From a virus (taxonomy: Duplodnaviria; Caudoviricetes), in the IMG/VR virus record IMGVR_UViG_3300048599_000898, positions 1-43,946 of that record: 43,946 nucleotides of DNA; one strand, given 5' to 3'. Positions within the stretch are counted from its first letter, which is position 1. Each line of letters begins with the position of its first letter. The notes below the pieces were generated by a model, which ran no database searches, was not told the origin of the DNA, and was given only the letters and a program-made list of their open reading frames with translations. Below are positions 27,767-35,835 of the stretch, piece by piece. Position numbers and translations under genes: made by a program.

Positions 27767-27827
27767 GAAACATGTTGCACTTCTGCAACACTGTTTCACA
27801 TCCTGTGAAACATCGATGTTTCACAGG
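27765..27827. repeat. Four alternating GTGAAACA/TGTTTCAC octamers including a perfect 26-bp palindrome
   Basis: Octamers start at 27765, 27792, 27805 and 27817; CCTGTGAAACATCGATGTTTCACAGG at 27802-27827. Confidence 0.9.
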
Positions 27828-28360
27828 CGGTCGAGGAGGAGACCCAGGAGGCGGTCGACCTCGGGCAGAAGGCGACGATCGGCCTCGTCCTCCAGGATCT
27901 TCCGAAAGCGCTCGGGATGAGTGTTGATGTGGTTCGCAGGGTTCGGGCCATACAGCTTCTTGATCGGGAAGCGCTTGGCGGACGTCCTCGCGTAGACGTT
28001 TCCGCCCAGCTTGGAGAGGATGAACGCCCCCCGATGAGCACCCCACCCCCGGACCGTCACGCCCGTCTTGGTCTGCCGCGCCGCACCGAGCTTGGCCAGC
28101 GGTATCCAGGGCGAGGTGACGACATGGGTGACGTCGTGGTCCGAGTAGAAGGTCCTCAGCTTGTCCCTGACGTCCTTCTGCCGCATCGTCGTGTCGACGG
28201 CGACCTGCTTGACGATCTTCGATTCAGAGGCGCGGCTGACCGCCCGAAACGCTTTCGACAGCACGCTCGTCCGGATCCCATCCGGGAGCGCCGCGATCCT
28301 CGCTGATTTCGCGAGGAATTCCGCCGCGTCGATGCGGTATGAGACGACCGCCGTGTTCAT
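27821..28360 (-). CDS. Lambda gpZ-like minor tail/neck protein
   Basis: GARQTKTGV-like, HRGAFI and KRFPIKKLYGP motifs; start MNTAVV. Confidence 0.75.
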   Translation of the reverse strand: MNTAVVSYRIDAAEFLAKSARIAALPDGIRTSVLSKAFRAVSRASESKIVKQVAVDTTMRQKDVRDKLRTFYSDHDVTHVVTSPWIPLAKLGAARQTKTGVTVRGWGAHRGAFILSKLGGNVYARTSAKRFPIKKLYGPNPANHINTHPERFRKILEDEADRRLLPEVDRLLGLLLDRL

Positions 28361-28539
28361 CGGCTGGATCTCATCGCCCCGACGGCGAACCGAAACGCCT
28401 TGCGCGCGGCGATCGCGACATCCTCCCTCGACGTTGCCACCACGAAGCGCGCGGCCGGGCCGATCTTGGACCTGTCGCCCCTGACCGCTGCGCGCCCCGC
28501 CTCGGCGATCTTGGCGCGCCGCTCGGCACATCGGCACAT
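28357..28539 (-). CDS. Hypothetical small basic protein (first late gene)
   Basis: MCRCAERRAKI... with GGGAG RBS and ATGA overlap with next gene. Confidence 0.6.
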   Translation of the reverse strand: MCRCAERRAKIAEAGRAAVRGDRSKIGPAARFVVATSREDVAIAARKAFRFAVGAMRSSR

Positions 28540-28568
28540 CGGCAGCGCTCCCGATCTGATCTCTGATT

Positions 28569-28670
28569 TTCGGCACGAGCCGCCCTTACGGCCTCCCGCT
28601 ATCTGCGGAGGCCCGGGGCCGGTTGTCGCTCGGCGCAAGGGCGCTGCGGCAGGTCACCAACTCGTCCGAA
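28569..28670 (-). ncRNA. Putative structured late-operon leader RNA
   Basis: Nested pairings 28670-28660 with 28580-28569, 28643-28634 with 28590-28581, and 28613-28607 with 28596-28590. Confidence 0.5.
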
Positions 28671-28674
28671 GCAA

Positions 28675-28703
28675 GAACTACGCCAGTTTCCGAATCTGGT
28701 CAA
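28675..28703 (-). promoter_or_regulatory. Putative late promoter within the 3' end of the nusG-like gene
   Basis: TTGACC, 17 nt spacer, TAGTTC on the minus strand. Confidence 0.55.
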
Positions 28704-29196
28704 GCGACACGCTCACCGGCAGTCCGCAGATCTCGACCCGTATGCGGCGGGCCTGTGACGGAGGCACGGCGACCACCGAGCCGGTGTAGCCGATCATCGC
28801 CCCACCGACGAGCTCGACCGCGTCGCCGATCCTGAGCCTCACCGTCGGCCCGCCGTCGGCGACCGCCTCGTCGAACAGCCCCATGTCCTCGGCCGCCATG
28901 ACGTCCTCGATCTCGCGCCTGCCGATCATCACCGGCTCGCCGCGGATCGCCACGATCGCCGAGACGCCGGAGGCCGACCGCAACCGCTGCCAGTCCGGCC
29001 GGTCGATGCCGACGAACAGATACCGCGGGAACACCGGCACCCGCATCTCGACGGTCGCCTGCTTGACATGGCGCGAGCGCCGCACGAGGTGGCGGGCCGT
29101 CGGCAGATAGGTCTCGACGCCGATACGCCGCAGCGCCGCCGCCGCCGTCTCTTCCGCCCGCGCCGCCGTCCAGATCAGTCCCCAGGTCTCGGCCAT
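28678..29196 (-). CDS. NusG-family transcription antiterminator (NGN plus KOW domains)
   Basis: LRRIGVETYLP...PVFPRYLFV (NGN), IGDAVELVGGAMIGYTGSV (KOW); AGGAG RBS; occupies the Q position. Confidence 0.9.
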   Translation of the reverse strand: MAETWGLIWTAARAEETAAAALRRIGVETYLPTARHLVRRSRHVKQATVEMRVPVFPRYLFVGIDRPDWQRLRSASGVSAIVAIRGEPVMIGRREIEDVMAAEDMGLFDEAVADGGPTVRLRIGDAVELVGGAMIGYTGSVVAVPPSQARRIRVEICGLPVSVSLDQIRKLA

Positions 29197-29269
29197 GGTC
29201 GCTCTCCTGTTCCCGTAACCAATTCTCGCTCCGACCGGGATAAGGCGAGGTTTCGATCGACGACCCCTC

Positions 29270-29545
29270 TCACTCGGATAGTCCAAGACAGTTCGAAAAA
29301 ACTATCCGAGTCGAAAAACATCATATTATCAATAATATAAGACAGTTCAGACAGTTCTGATAGTTTTTCATGTATATGAGAGTTTCATTCGTTCCCTATC
29401 GGCTTTCCCCGAACCCCTTTTCATACGCGCGGCGCGGAAAACTGTCCGAACTGTCCGACTGACCAGCCAACCGATTGGCGTCGTTCACCTTCCCGACGGC
29501 GGACAGTTTACGAGAAACTCTCCGAAACCCTCCAGAACCGTCCGT
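29270..29545. other. Putative replication origin: AT-rich core with iterated GAYAGTT/AACTRTCC repeats
   Basis: Most AT-rich stretch in the window; about a dozen direct and inverted 7-8-mers, some at 9-nt spacing; directly downstream of the primase-helicase. Confidence 0.7.
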
Positions 29546-29548
29546 CGA

Positions 29549-32299
29549 TCAGGACTGTTCGCCGGGTTGCCAGCCGGGGTCCTCATGGGTTCCGGGATCG
29601 CGCTTGAGCCGAATGCCGATATATTCGATGAGGCCAGACGTCGTCTTGTCCTTGGCGACGCCATGGCGCTCGGTGATCTTCGTCAGGTTGAGACCGAATC
29701 GGGTTCGGTTGACCGGGACGTGGTCACCATTGGCCCATGCGGTGTAGGCAGCGTACATCTTGCCGCCGGCTACCCGATCGGCCTCCAGGCCGGTGACGGT
29801 CACCGCCGCCTCGAAGAAACGCTTCACCGGGTCGTTCTCGTCGCGCATCAGCTCGGTCGCTGCCATCACGCTCGGCGGTGTCACCAAACCCTCTTCGAGA
29901 TAGATCCGCGCCCCCTCGACGATCCATTCGAGGATGCCCTCGGCCTCCTCCATCAACTCACCGACGACATCCGAGAAATTCCGCGTCTCCCGGTCTTCGA
30001 GCTGCACAGGCCAATGGATGACGCGCATCCGCCGCCAGATCCCGTTGTCGGTGCCGACGATCCGTGGGTAACCGTTCCCGGACATGTGCGGGATGAACAC
30101 CGGCTGGAATTCGAAATAGCCCTCGAACAGCGCCCGGGCCGGGAACCGCTCACCACCGGTGATCCGCTTGACGAATTCCTCTTTGAGCGGCTCCCCCTGC
30201 GGAATCTCCGAGATTCTGACGAAGCGGGTGGCGTAGAGGCGTGCGATCTCCGGCGACGCCTTGAGCCCGCCTCCGCCGCGCTCGTCTCCGGCGACCGCCT
30301 CCGCCGGCAGGCCGGCAGCCAGCGGTCCGAGGGTGCGGGCGACGCATTCGAGAAAGACCGATTTCGAGTTGGCACCAGAGCCATAGTGGAAGATCAGCAC
30401 CTGCTCGGTGAGCCCGAGGCAGCCGAGCCCAGTCGCCACCTGGAGAAATCGCCGCTGTTCGGGGTCCGGCTGAAACCGTTCGAGCATCGCTTGCCACCTC
30501 GGCGCAGAGGCTCCGGGGCGCCAGGCGACCGGCACCACCCGAGTCACCAGATCCTCGCGCCGGTGCCCCTCGATCGCCTCGACGTGCGCGACCGTGTCGC
30601 CGCTCTCCGGCACCCGCTCGCGGCGGAAGCGCAGCGTATGGCTCTTCGTCACCAGCACCAGCGGATCGGCGTTGAAATCGCTGGGATCGCGCATCACGTG
30701 CGGTGCCGCCATCTCCAGCATCGCCACCACGCGCGCCTTGTTCTTCGACGAGACGCCGAAGGTGATCCGCTTGCCGCGCCGCCCGTCGACGATCTTCTGC
30801 GCCGCTGCCGCCTTCTCGATCGCCAGAGTGTCTTCGTCGCTGCGGTCGGCGAGCGCCGTCTTCGCGGCGAGTTTCCCGGCCTCGATCGTCGCCCGTTCGG
30901 TCGGCGTCGGCTGGAGAAAGGCCCCTTCGAGTTTGATCCGGTCGCCGAGCCGCTGTGCCCGGCGGATCGCGACCGCCTTGCCGTTGACGTCTTCCCAGTG
31001 GGTCCCGACCCAGCCGCACCACACCGGCTCACGCCCGCCCTCCTGCGAGCGGATCAGCAGATCCGTCCCGAAGTGGCTGAGCAGCCGCACGGAATTGTCG
31101 GTGTCGGAGTGGTCGAGTGCGGCGCAGCGCTCGACGATCGCCATGTCGACGTCGGCACCCGGTTCCTCGGGCTCGACGACGAGATCGACGTCGTCGCCGT
31201 CATCGGGCTCGCTCCCACTCGGTTCGGTCGAATCCGTTGCCTCCCATCGCGACCCGTCGGGTTCCCACGGCGGAGGTTCTGGAGCGCGAGGCGCGTTGGA
31301 TGCCGTTCGCCGTGACCGTTTCTCCGCCTCCGCCTCGACCTCATCGAGGCGCTGCCCGACCTCCGCAGCGGTGGCGCGACCCTCGGCAAACCCCCGCTGA
31401 ATGTCTCGTTCGACGCTGGCGATGCCATCGGTGCCGACGAGGCCACAGAGTTCGGCGCCGTCGACGAGCGCGGCCAGGGCCTCTCGCTCCGAGATCGCTC
31501 CATGTGCCAGCAGCCGGCCGGCGGCGCAAGCACCGGCATAGAGCGCGGTCCCCCGTTTCGCCGAGGTGGAGGCGATCTCCGACCTTATCTTGTCCAGCGC
31601 CCCGCGGGCGTAGCGCCGCCGTGCCTCTTCTCCCGCGTGATGCGGGAGGGCCGGCGGCGGTGCACGGGAGATCGGCTGCGGGCCGACCCGTCCATGCGTT
31701 TCGTGACGCTCGCGCCCGTCGATCAGAGCGAGGAGTGCCGCCGGTACTTCCGGCGCATCTCCGTCGAACGGCTGACCGATCCAGGCATAGGCGTTGCCGT
31801 TGCCCATTTTCGACGGCGGCAGAATGACGTAGCCGAGATCACAGCGAATATCGATGTTGGCGAGGCCCGGTGTCGTGTTGCCGATGACCTCGCGCGCCGG
31901 CCGGCGAAACCATAGATGCAGCCCACCCGATTGCGTCCGGGTCCGCGGCCCGCGCGGCACAGGGCCGCCGATCGCCGCAGCAAGCCGCGCCTCGACCGCT
32001 TCGACCGGCTCGCCCTTCGGGTCGAGATCGACGACGAAAGCTTCGGCCCATCCGGGCGCCATGCCGATCAACGCCGTCGGCCAGCGACGCCACCAGGCGC
32101 GGATCTGCTCCGGGTCCGCGCTCGCCTTCTTCGGCCAACCACTGCCCTCGATCGCCTTACCGGCCTCGTCGTGCTCGGCCCCGACCAGCGGCCGTTTCGA
32201 TTTCGGCTTCATCGGGTGGGGATCGCACGGGAAAACTCGCCATCCCCGCGCTGCATAGGAAAGAGCCGCTTCGAGCACGGCGGTGCGCTCGTCGATCAT
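29549..32299 (-). CDS. Prim-Pol plus P4/D5-type SF3 primase-helicase
   Basis: YAARGWRVFPC, VVDLD, TQSGGLHLWF, GYVILPPS; Walker A YGSGANSKS, KRITGGE, DNGIWRR. Confidence 0.93.
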   Translation of the reverse strand: MIDERTAVLEAALSYAARGWRVFPCDPHPMKPKSKRPLVGAEHDEAGKAIEGSGWPKKASADPEQIRAWWRRWPTALIGMAPGWAEAFVVDLDPKGEPVEAVEARLAAAIGGPVPRGPRTRTQSGGLHLWFRRPAREVIGNTTPGLANIDIRCDLGYVILPPSKMGNGNAYAWIGQPFDGDAPEVPAALLALIDGRERHETHGRVGPQPISRAPPPALPHHAGEEARRRYARGALDKIRSEIASTSAKRGTALYAGACAAGRLLAHGAISEREALAALVDGAELCGLVGTDGIASVERDIQRGFAEGRATAAEVGQRLDEVEAEAEKRSRRTASNAPRAPEPPPWEPDGSRWEATDSTEPSGSEPDDGDDVDLVVEPEEPGADVDMAIVERCAALDHSDTDNSVRLLSHFGTDLLIRSQEGGREPVWCGWVGTHWEDVNGKAVAIRRAQRLGDRIKLEGAFLQPTPTERATIEAGKLAAKTALADRSDEDTLAIEKAAAAQKIVDGRRGKRITFGVSSKNKARVVAMLEMAAPHVMRDPSDFNADPLVLVTKSHTLRFRRERVPESGDTVAHVEAIEGHRREDLVTRVVPVAWRPGASAPRWQAMLERFQPDPEQRRFLQVATGLGCLGLTEQVLIFHYGSGANSKSVFLECVARTLGPLAAGLPAEAVAGDERGGGGLKASPEIARLYATRFVRISEIPQGEPLKEEFVKRITGGERFPARALFEGYFEFQPVFIPHMSGNGYPRIVGTDNGIWRRMRVIHWPVQLEDRETRNFSDVVGELMEEAEGILEWIVEGARIYLEEGLVTPPSVMAATELMRDENDPVKRFFEAAVTVTGLEADRVAGGKMYAAYTAWANGDHVPVNRTRFGLNLTKITERHGVAKDKTTSGLIEYIGIRLKRDPGTHEDPGWQPGEQS

Positions 32300-32646
32300 G
32301 GCGAGCACCCTTCGGCCACGAACTGCGCTCGCCGTTGATCGCGCCGCCGCTGGTTGGTCCTATGGGTAACCATCTCCAGATGCGCCGGGTTGACGCAGAG
32401 GCGGTTGCAACACAGGTGGTCTATCTGCTTTTTCGGCGGCACCGGTCCGTTTTCGACGATCCATGCGGTGATGTGCACCGCGACCGTCGCTCCATCGAGA
32501 CTCATTCGAGGATAGCCGCGCCCGCGTCCGCTCTCACCCGAGGTGAGACCGGTCCAGATGTGGCAGCCGCTCTCGGCGATGATGACACGAGCGGCGATCT
32601 TCGCCCTGATGCGGTCGCGACGAGTCGTATGATCGGTGCCGCTCAT
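32296..32646 (-). CDS. HNH endonuclease
   Basis: GCHIWTG...GYPRM...IDHLCCNRLCVNPAHLEMVT. Confidence 0.9.
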   Translation of the reverse strand: MSGTDHTTRRDRIRAKIAARVIIAESGCHIWTGLTSGESGRGRGYPRMSLDGATVAVHITAWIVENGPVPPKKQIDHLCCNRLCVNPAHLEMVTHRTNQRRRDQRRAQFVAEGCSP

Positions 32647-33002
32647 TTCGCCCACCCGATCAGCCGGAATTCCACGACCACGCCCGACTTCACGGCCCGC
32701 GCGATCCCCTCGGCCATTCCCAGGGAGATCCCGAGATCGGCATAGACGACCGAGGCGTCTGCCGCCGCGAGCCAAGCGAGCCCGGCTTCGATTCCGAGCC
32801 GCCGCTCTGCGGGGTCGCTGTCGTCGAGCACGCCGGGCAGCGTGTAGAGCAGGTGCGAGGCGATCGGCGCCTCTCCGCGCGCCAGACTGTCGGCGAGACA
32901 GGCACGGCCATAGCGGACGCGGATTTCGATCTCGGCGGCGGTGGCGCCGGCATAGGGGCTCTCGATCACCACCAGCCGGTGGCTCCGCGATGCGTCCGTC
33001 AT
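32643..33002 (-). CDS. Conserved phage protein (nucleoside deoxyribosyltransferase-like fold, DUF4406-related)
   Basis: LVVIESPYAG...RGEAPIASHLLYT...VVYADLGISLGM. Confidence 0.7.
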   Translation of the reverse strand: MTDASRSHRLVVIESPYAGATAAEIEIRVRYGRACLADSLARGEAPIASHLLYTLPGVLDDSDPAERRLGIEAGLAWLAAADASVVYADLGISLGMAEGIARAVKSGVVVEFRLIGWAK

Positions 33003-33217
33003 CTCGTGATCCCCCTGCATCTCGCGCATCGCCACTCCCCCGCGTCGCTGGCGCGACCGCTCTCCATCGCCCGCATGAGCGAGACCCCGGAGCCGTAGGG
33101 CGCCAGTGCCGCGCCGCAGATCCCGCAGGGGTGCTCGAGCGCCAGACCGGTCGAGCCCGGAATCCGCACCCGGCGGGCGGTGAACCGGCGCACCGCCGAA
33201 CCCCTCACGGCATCCAT
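32999..33217 (-). CDS. Small zinc-finger-like protein
   Basis: HPCGICG...WRCARC; overlaps both neighbours. Confidence 0.6.
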   Translation of the reverse strand: MDAVRGSAVRRFTARRVRIPGSTGLALEHPCGICGAALAPYGSGVSLMRAMESGRASDAGEWRCARCRGITR

Positions 33218-33516
33218 GCCAGCTGCTCCCGGATCGTCTCGACCGGGAGCGCGACCGAATCGGCGATCTCCCAGGCCTCACAGCCGAGATTTTTCAAGAT
33301 CCGGATGGCGCGGATCTCGTCCTCGGTCGGTGCCCGCCGGTCGGGCAGCGGCGGCGCATGGACCCGCCGCCGCCGCTTCGGCGGCGGCTCGGGCGCTGCG
33401 GTCGCGAGGGGCGCCACCAGCCCGAGCCGTCGTCCGGCCGGATAGGCGACGGCGCGATGCGGCGCGTACTCGACCATCAGGTCGTCGCCGCGGGGATAGG
33501 TCACGGCGGCGGTCAT
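33205..33516 (-). CDS. Hypothetical protein with C-terminal HTH-like segment
   Basis: Start MTAAVTY (ATGA overlap); LGCEAWEIADSVALPVETIR. Confidence 0.6.
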   Translation of the reverse strand: MTAAVTYPRGDDLMVEYAPHRAVAYPAGRRLGLVAPLATAAPEPPPKRRRRVHAPPLPDRRAPTEDEIRAIRILKNLGCEAWEIADSVALPVETIREQLAWMP

Positions 33517-34121
33517 GCGGCTCGCCTCGATGCGGCCACGAACCGCCGGCCGCAGGCCGCACACCAGTGCGACCCGGACACGATCGGCGCGCCGCAGACC
33601 AGCCGCTCGGTGATCGGTGCCGCCGGATCGATGATCGTCGGGCACTGAAAGCCCCGGCGATCGAGAAACCGCACCGCGGTCGTCGGCACGACGACGGCGG
33701 TCTCGGTGATCTCCGGCCGCTCGGTCGCGACGGACTCCGTCGCCGGACGGCGCAGCCACGACCAGCCGGTCGAGCGCCGCCGCGGAAACTCGATCCCGAG
33801 ATGCCGGGCCCGCCCCCGGCACTGCTCGTAGCTGACGCCGAGGAGGCCTGCGATCTCCGGCACCGGCAGCCGCCGCGCCGCGATCAGCCGGCGCAGCATC
33901 GCGTCCTCGCCCTCGCTCCACCGATGGGCCTCGGCCCGGACGTCGCCCCGCACCACTGCCGCGATCCCCGCCGACCGATCGTCGATGTTCAGGCCGCGCC
34001 GGTGGCGCCAGCCGATCACCGCGTTGTCGGTCTTGCCGATCGCCGTGGCGATCTCGGCATCCCCACGGCCAGCCGCCCACATCTCCGCGGCCATCGTCTC
34101 CTGATCCCGCGTCCAGCTCAT
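33513..34121 (-). CDS. gcrA: GcrA-like regulator with duplicated N-terminal HTH
   Basis: MSWT...WAAG..EIATAIGKTDNAVIGWRHRRGL and C-terminal QCPTII...CGAPIVSGSHWCAAC. Confidence 0.8.
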   Translation of the reverse strand: MSWTRDQETMAAEMWAAGRGDAEIATAIGKTDNAVIGWRHRRGLNIDDRSAGIAAVVRGDVRAEAHRWSEGEDAMLRRLIAARRLPVPEIAGLLGVSYEQCRGRARHLGIEFPRRRSTGWSWLRRPATESVATERPEITETAVVVPTTAVRFLDRRGFQCPTIIDPAAPITERLVCGAPIVSGSHWCAACGRRFVAASRRAA

Positions 34122-34582
34122 CGCTCGATCCCCCTCGCGATCTCGCCGATCCGTCGCCGGGCCTCGTCGGTGAGCCGCCAACCGATCAGTTTGACGCAGT
34201 CGATCCCGCCCCCGGCGATGCCGTGCGGGCGCAGGCGCGCGCGGATCTGGCTCATGTAGACGATCAGCACCCGGTCCGATGGCGCGTCGTCGGAGAGTCC
34301 ATAGAGCGCCGCCATCAGCGCCTCGCGGGCCACCCCGCGGGGGCGAGCGATCAGCGCCCCGAGGATCTCGCCCTGCATCGGCGTCAGTCCGAGCCGCGCC
34401 CGCAGGATCGCGATCATCGGGATCTCCTGCCGCAGCCGGCGGATCTCCTCGTCGCGCTCCTGGAGCGTCTCGGCGAGCCGCGCGCAGCGCGCCCGGAGCT
34501 GCGCGATCTCTCCCGGCCCTCCGCGTGTGGGTCCGGACCCGAGAGTGCCGCGCTCCTCGATCGTCAGGGCCGCGCCGATCAT
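34118..34582 (-). CDS. OmpR/CtrA-type winged-helix DNA-binding protein lacking a receiver domain
   Basis: LTPMQGEILGAL...REALMAALYG...RVLIVYMSQIRARL...IDCVKLIGWRL; N-terminal coiled coil. Confidence 0.78.
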   Translation of the reverse strand: MIGAALTIEERGTLGSGPTRGGPGEIAQLRARCARLAETLQERDEEIRRLRQEIPMIAILRARLGLTPMQGEILGALIARPRGVAREALMAALYGLSDDAPSDRVLIVYMSQIRARLRPHGIAGGGIDCVKLIGWRLTDEARRRIGEIARGIER

Positions 34583-35091
34583 CGGATCGCCCCCGCCCGG
34601 ATCGCCGCGAGAGCGCTGCGCACCTTGACCAATGCCTCTTCGGCGGCGACCGCGGCGCGATCGCCGAGCGCCGCCTCGGAAGCGGTGACGGTACCGTCGG
34701 CGAGGCCGGCGACCAGTGTCTCGATGAGCGGCCCGAGAGCGCCCATCAGCGCCGTCACCGCCTCGCCGATCGGCCGCCCGATCGACGCGACCGCCTCGTC
34801 GGCGAGCCGCCGTCCCCCGAGCCGCGCCAGGCAGGCGGTGACCGGCCGCCGCGGATCGCCCATCGCCGCCATCTCGGATTCCAGCGCGGCGATCGAGATC
34901 GGGTCGATCGTCACCGTCGAGGCTGCCTCCGGGTCGCGCTCGTCGCGCATCGCATACCAGCGAGCGACGGTCGCCCGGCTCATTCCGGCGGTCGCCGCGG
35001 CACGCTCGACACCACCGACGCCGGTGACGAGATCGCGGGTCGCCCCCTTGAGCGCCGCCAGATCTGCGGCCGAAATCGGTCGGTCGGACAT
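34579..35091 (-). CDS. CII-like phage regulatory protein
   Basis: LKGATRDLVTGVGGVERAA...ATVARWY, LADGTVTASEA; position after cro. Confidence 0.7.
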   Translation of the reverse strand: MSDRPISAADLAALKGATRDLVTGVGGVERAAATAGMSRATVARWYAMRDERDPEAASTVTIDPISIAALESEMAAMGDPRRPVTACLARLGGRRLADEAVASIGRPIGEAVTALMGALGPLIETLVAGLADGTVTASEAALGDRAAVAAEEALVKVRSALAAIRAGAIR

Positions 35092-35106
35092 ACGGGTCTC
35101 CTGTCT

Positions 35107-35133
35107 ACGAGAAACCGTTCCGCGGTTTCTCGT
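35107..35133. promoter_or_regulatory. Perfect 11-bp inverted repeat upstream of the cII-like gene
   Basis: ACGAGAAACCG-TTCCG-CGGTTTCTCGT. Confidence 0.55.
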
Positions 35134-35164
35134 GTTCGAAGATCGGGGTCTCGGTTACGTTGCG

Positions 35165-35419
35165 TCAGGAAGGAGGAAGAACCCCATGATCTCCCTGCAT
35201 CGCGATCCGTCGTTCGACGTCCTCGATCCGGGCGAGCAGCGCCCGGATCGTCCGCGACTGCGCCTCGAGCGTCCGCTCGACCAGGAGCAGCGTCGAAGCG
35301 ACGCCGGAGAGCGCCGCGACGATCGCATCCTCGCTGTCGGCGATACGCCGCTCGACCGGCGCCATCACCGCCTCGGTGACCGCCTCGACCGCCGGGCGAA
35401 ACAGCGTCACGTCGCTCAT
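35165..35419 (-). CDS. Hypothetical coiled-coil protein
   Basis: Start MSDVTLF with GGAGGA RBS and ATGA overlap with cro. Confidence 0.7.
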   Translation of the reverse strand: MSDVTLFRPAVEAVTEAVMAPVERRIADSEDAIVAALSGVASTLLLVERTLEAQSRTIRALLARIEDVERRIAMQGDHGVLPPS

Positions 35420-35751
35420 CGCGGGTCCTCCGCGAGAGATGCCGCGCCCGGGGCGGGGGTCGGGGACGGAGCCCCGGGCGCAGCCGACCCGCCGGCGATC
35501 GGGGGACCGACGGGAATGGGAGGGCGGGGGACATCGGCGGGCCATGCGAGATCCTCCGGCCAATTGGCGGAGAACCACGTAACGGCTCGGTCATATGTGC
35601 GGATCCGGAAATTCAGAACCCCGCCTCTGACCCGGTCGAAGAACCTCCAATCTCCGCCCGCCTTCTCGGAGATGGTCGACATCGCAACCGACGTCGCTCC
35701 GGAAAATCCGTCGGCGAGAGTGAGGAGGTGCCTGATGAGCGTCTGTTCCAT
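35416..35751 (-). CDS. cro: Cro-like regulator
   Basis: Divergent from cI; STIS...GDWRFFDRV...WFSANWPEDLAWPADVPRP. Confidence 0.72.
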   Translation of the reverse strand: MEQTLIRHLLTLADGFSGATSVAMSTISEKAGGDWRFFDRVRGGVLNFRIRTYDRAVTWFSANWPEDLAWPADVPRPPIPVGPPIAGGSAAPGAPSPTPAPGAASLAEDPR

Positions 35752-35799
35752 GCCCCAGACGATACCAGCGAAATCAGGAAAAGCAACAGCAATTTCGGG
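35752..35799 (-). promoter_or_regulatory. pR-like promoter with two 14-bp operators
   Basis: TTGCTT, 16 nt spacer, TATCGT; operators CCTGATTTCGCTGG (35778-35765) and CCCGAAATTGCTGT (35799-35786). Confidence 0.65.
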
Positions 35800-35835
35800 A
35801 ATGCGAACTGGAAAGAAAAACCGGATATGTCTGGC

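Noticed and set aside
32296-32646. Intron- or intein-associated homing element
   Set aside because: Free-standing HNH gene coupled by ATGA overlaps; neighbours are uninterrupted
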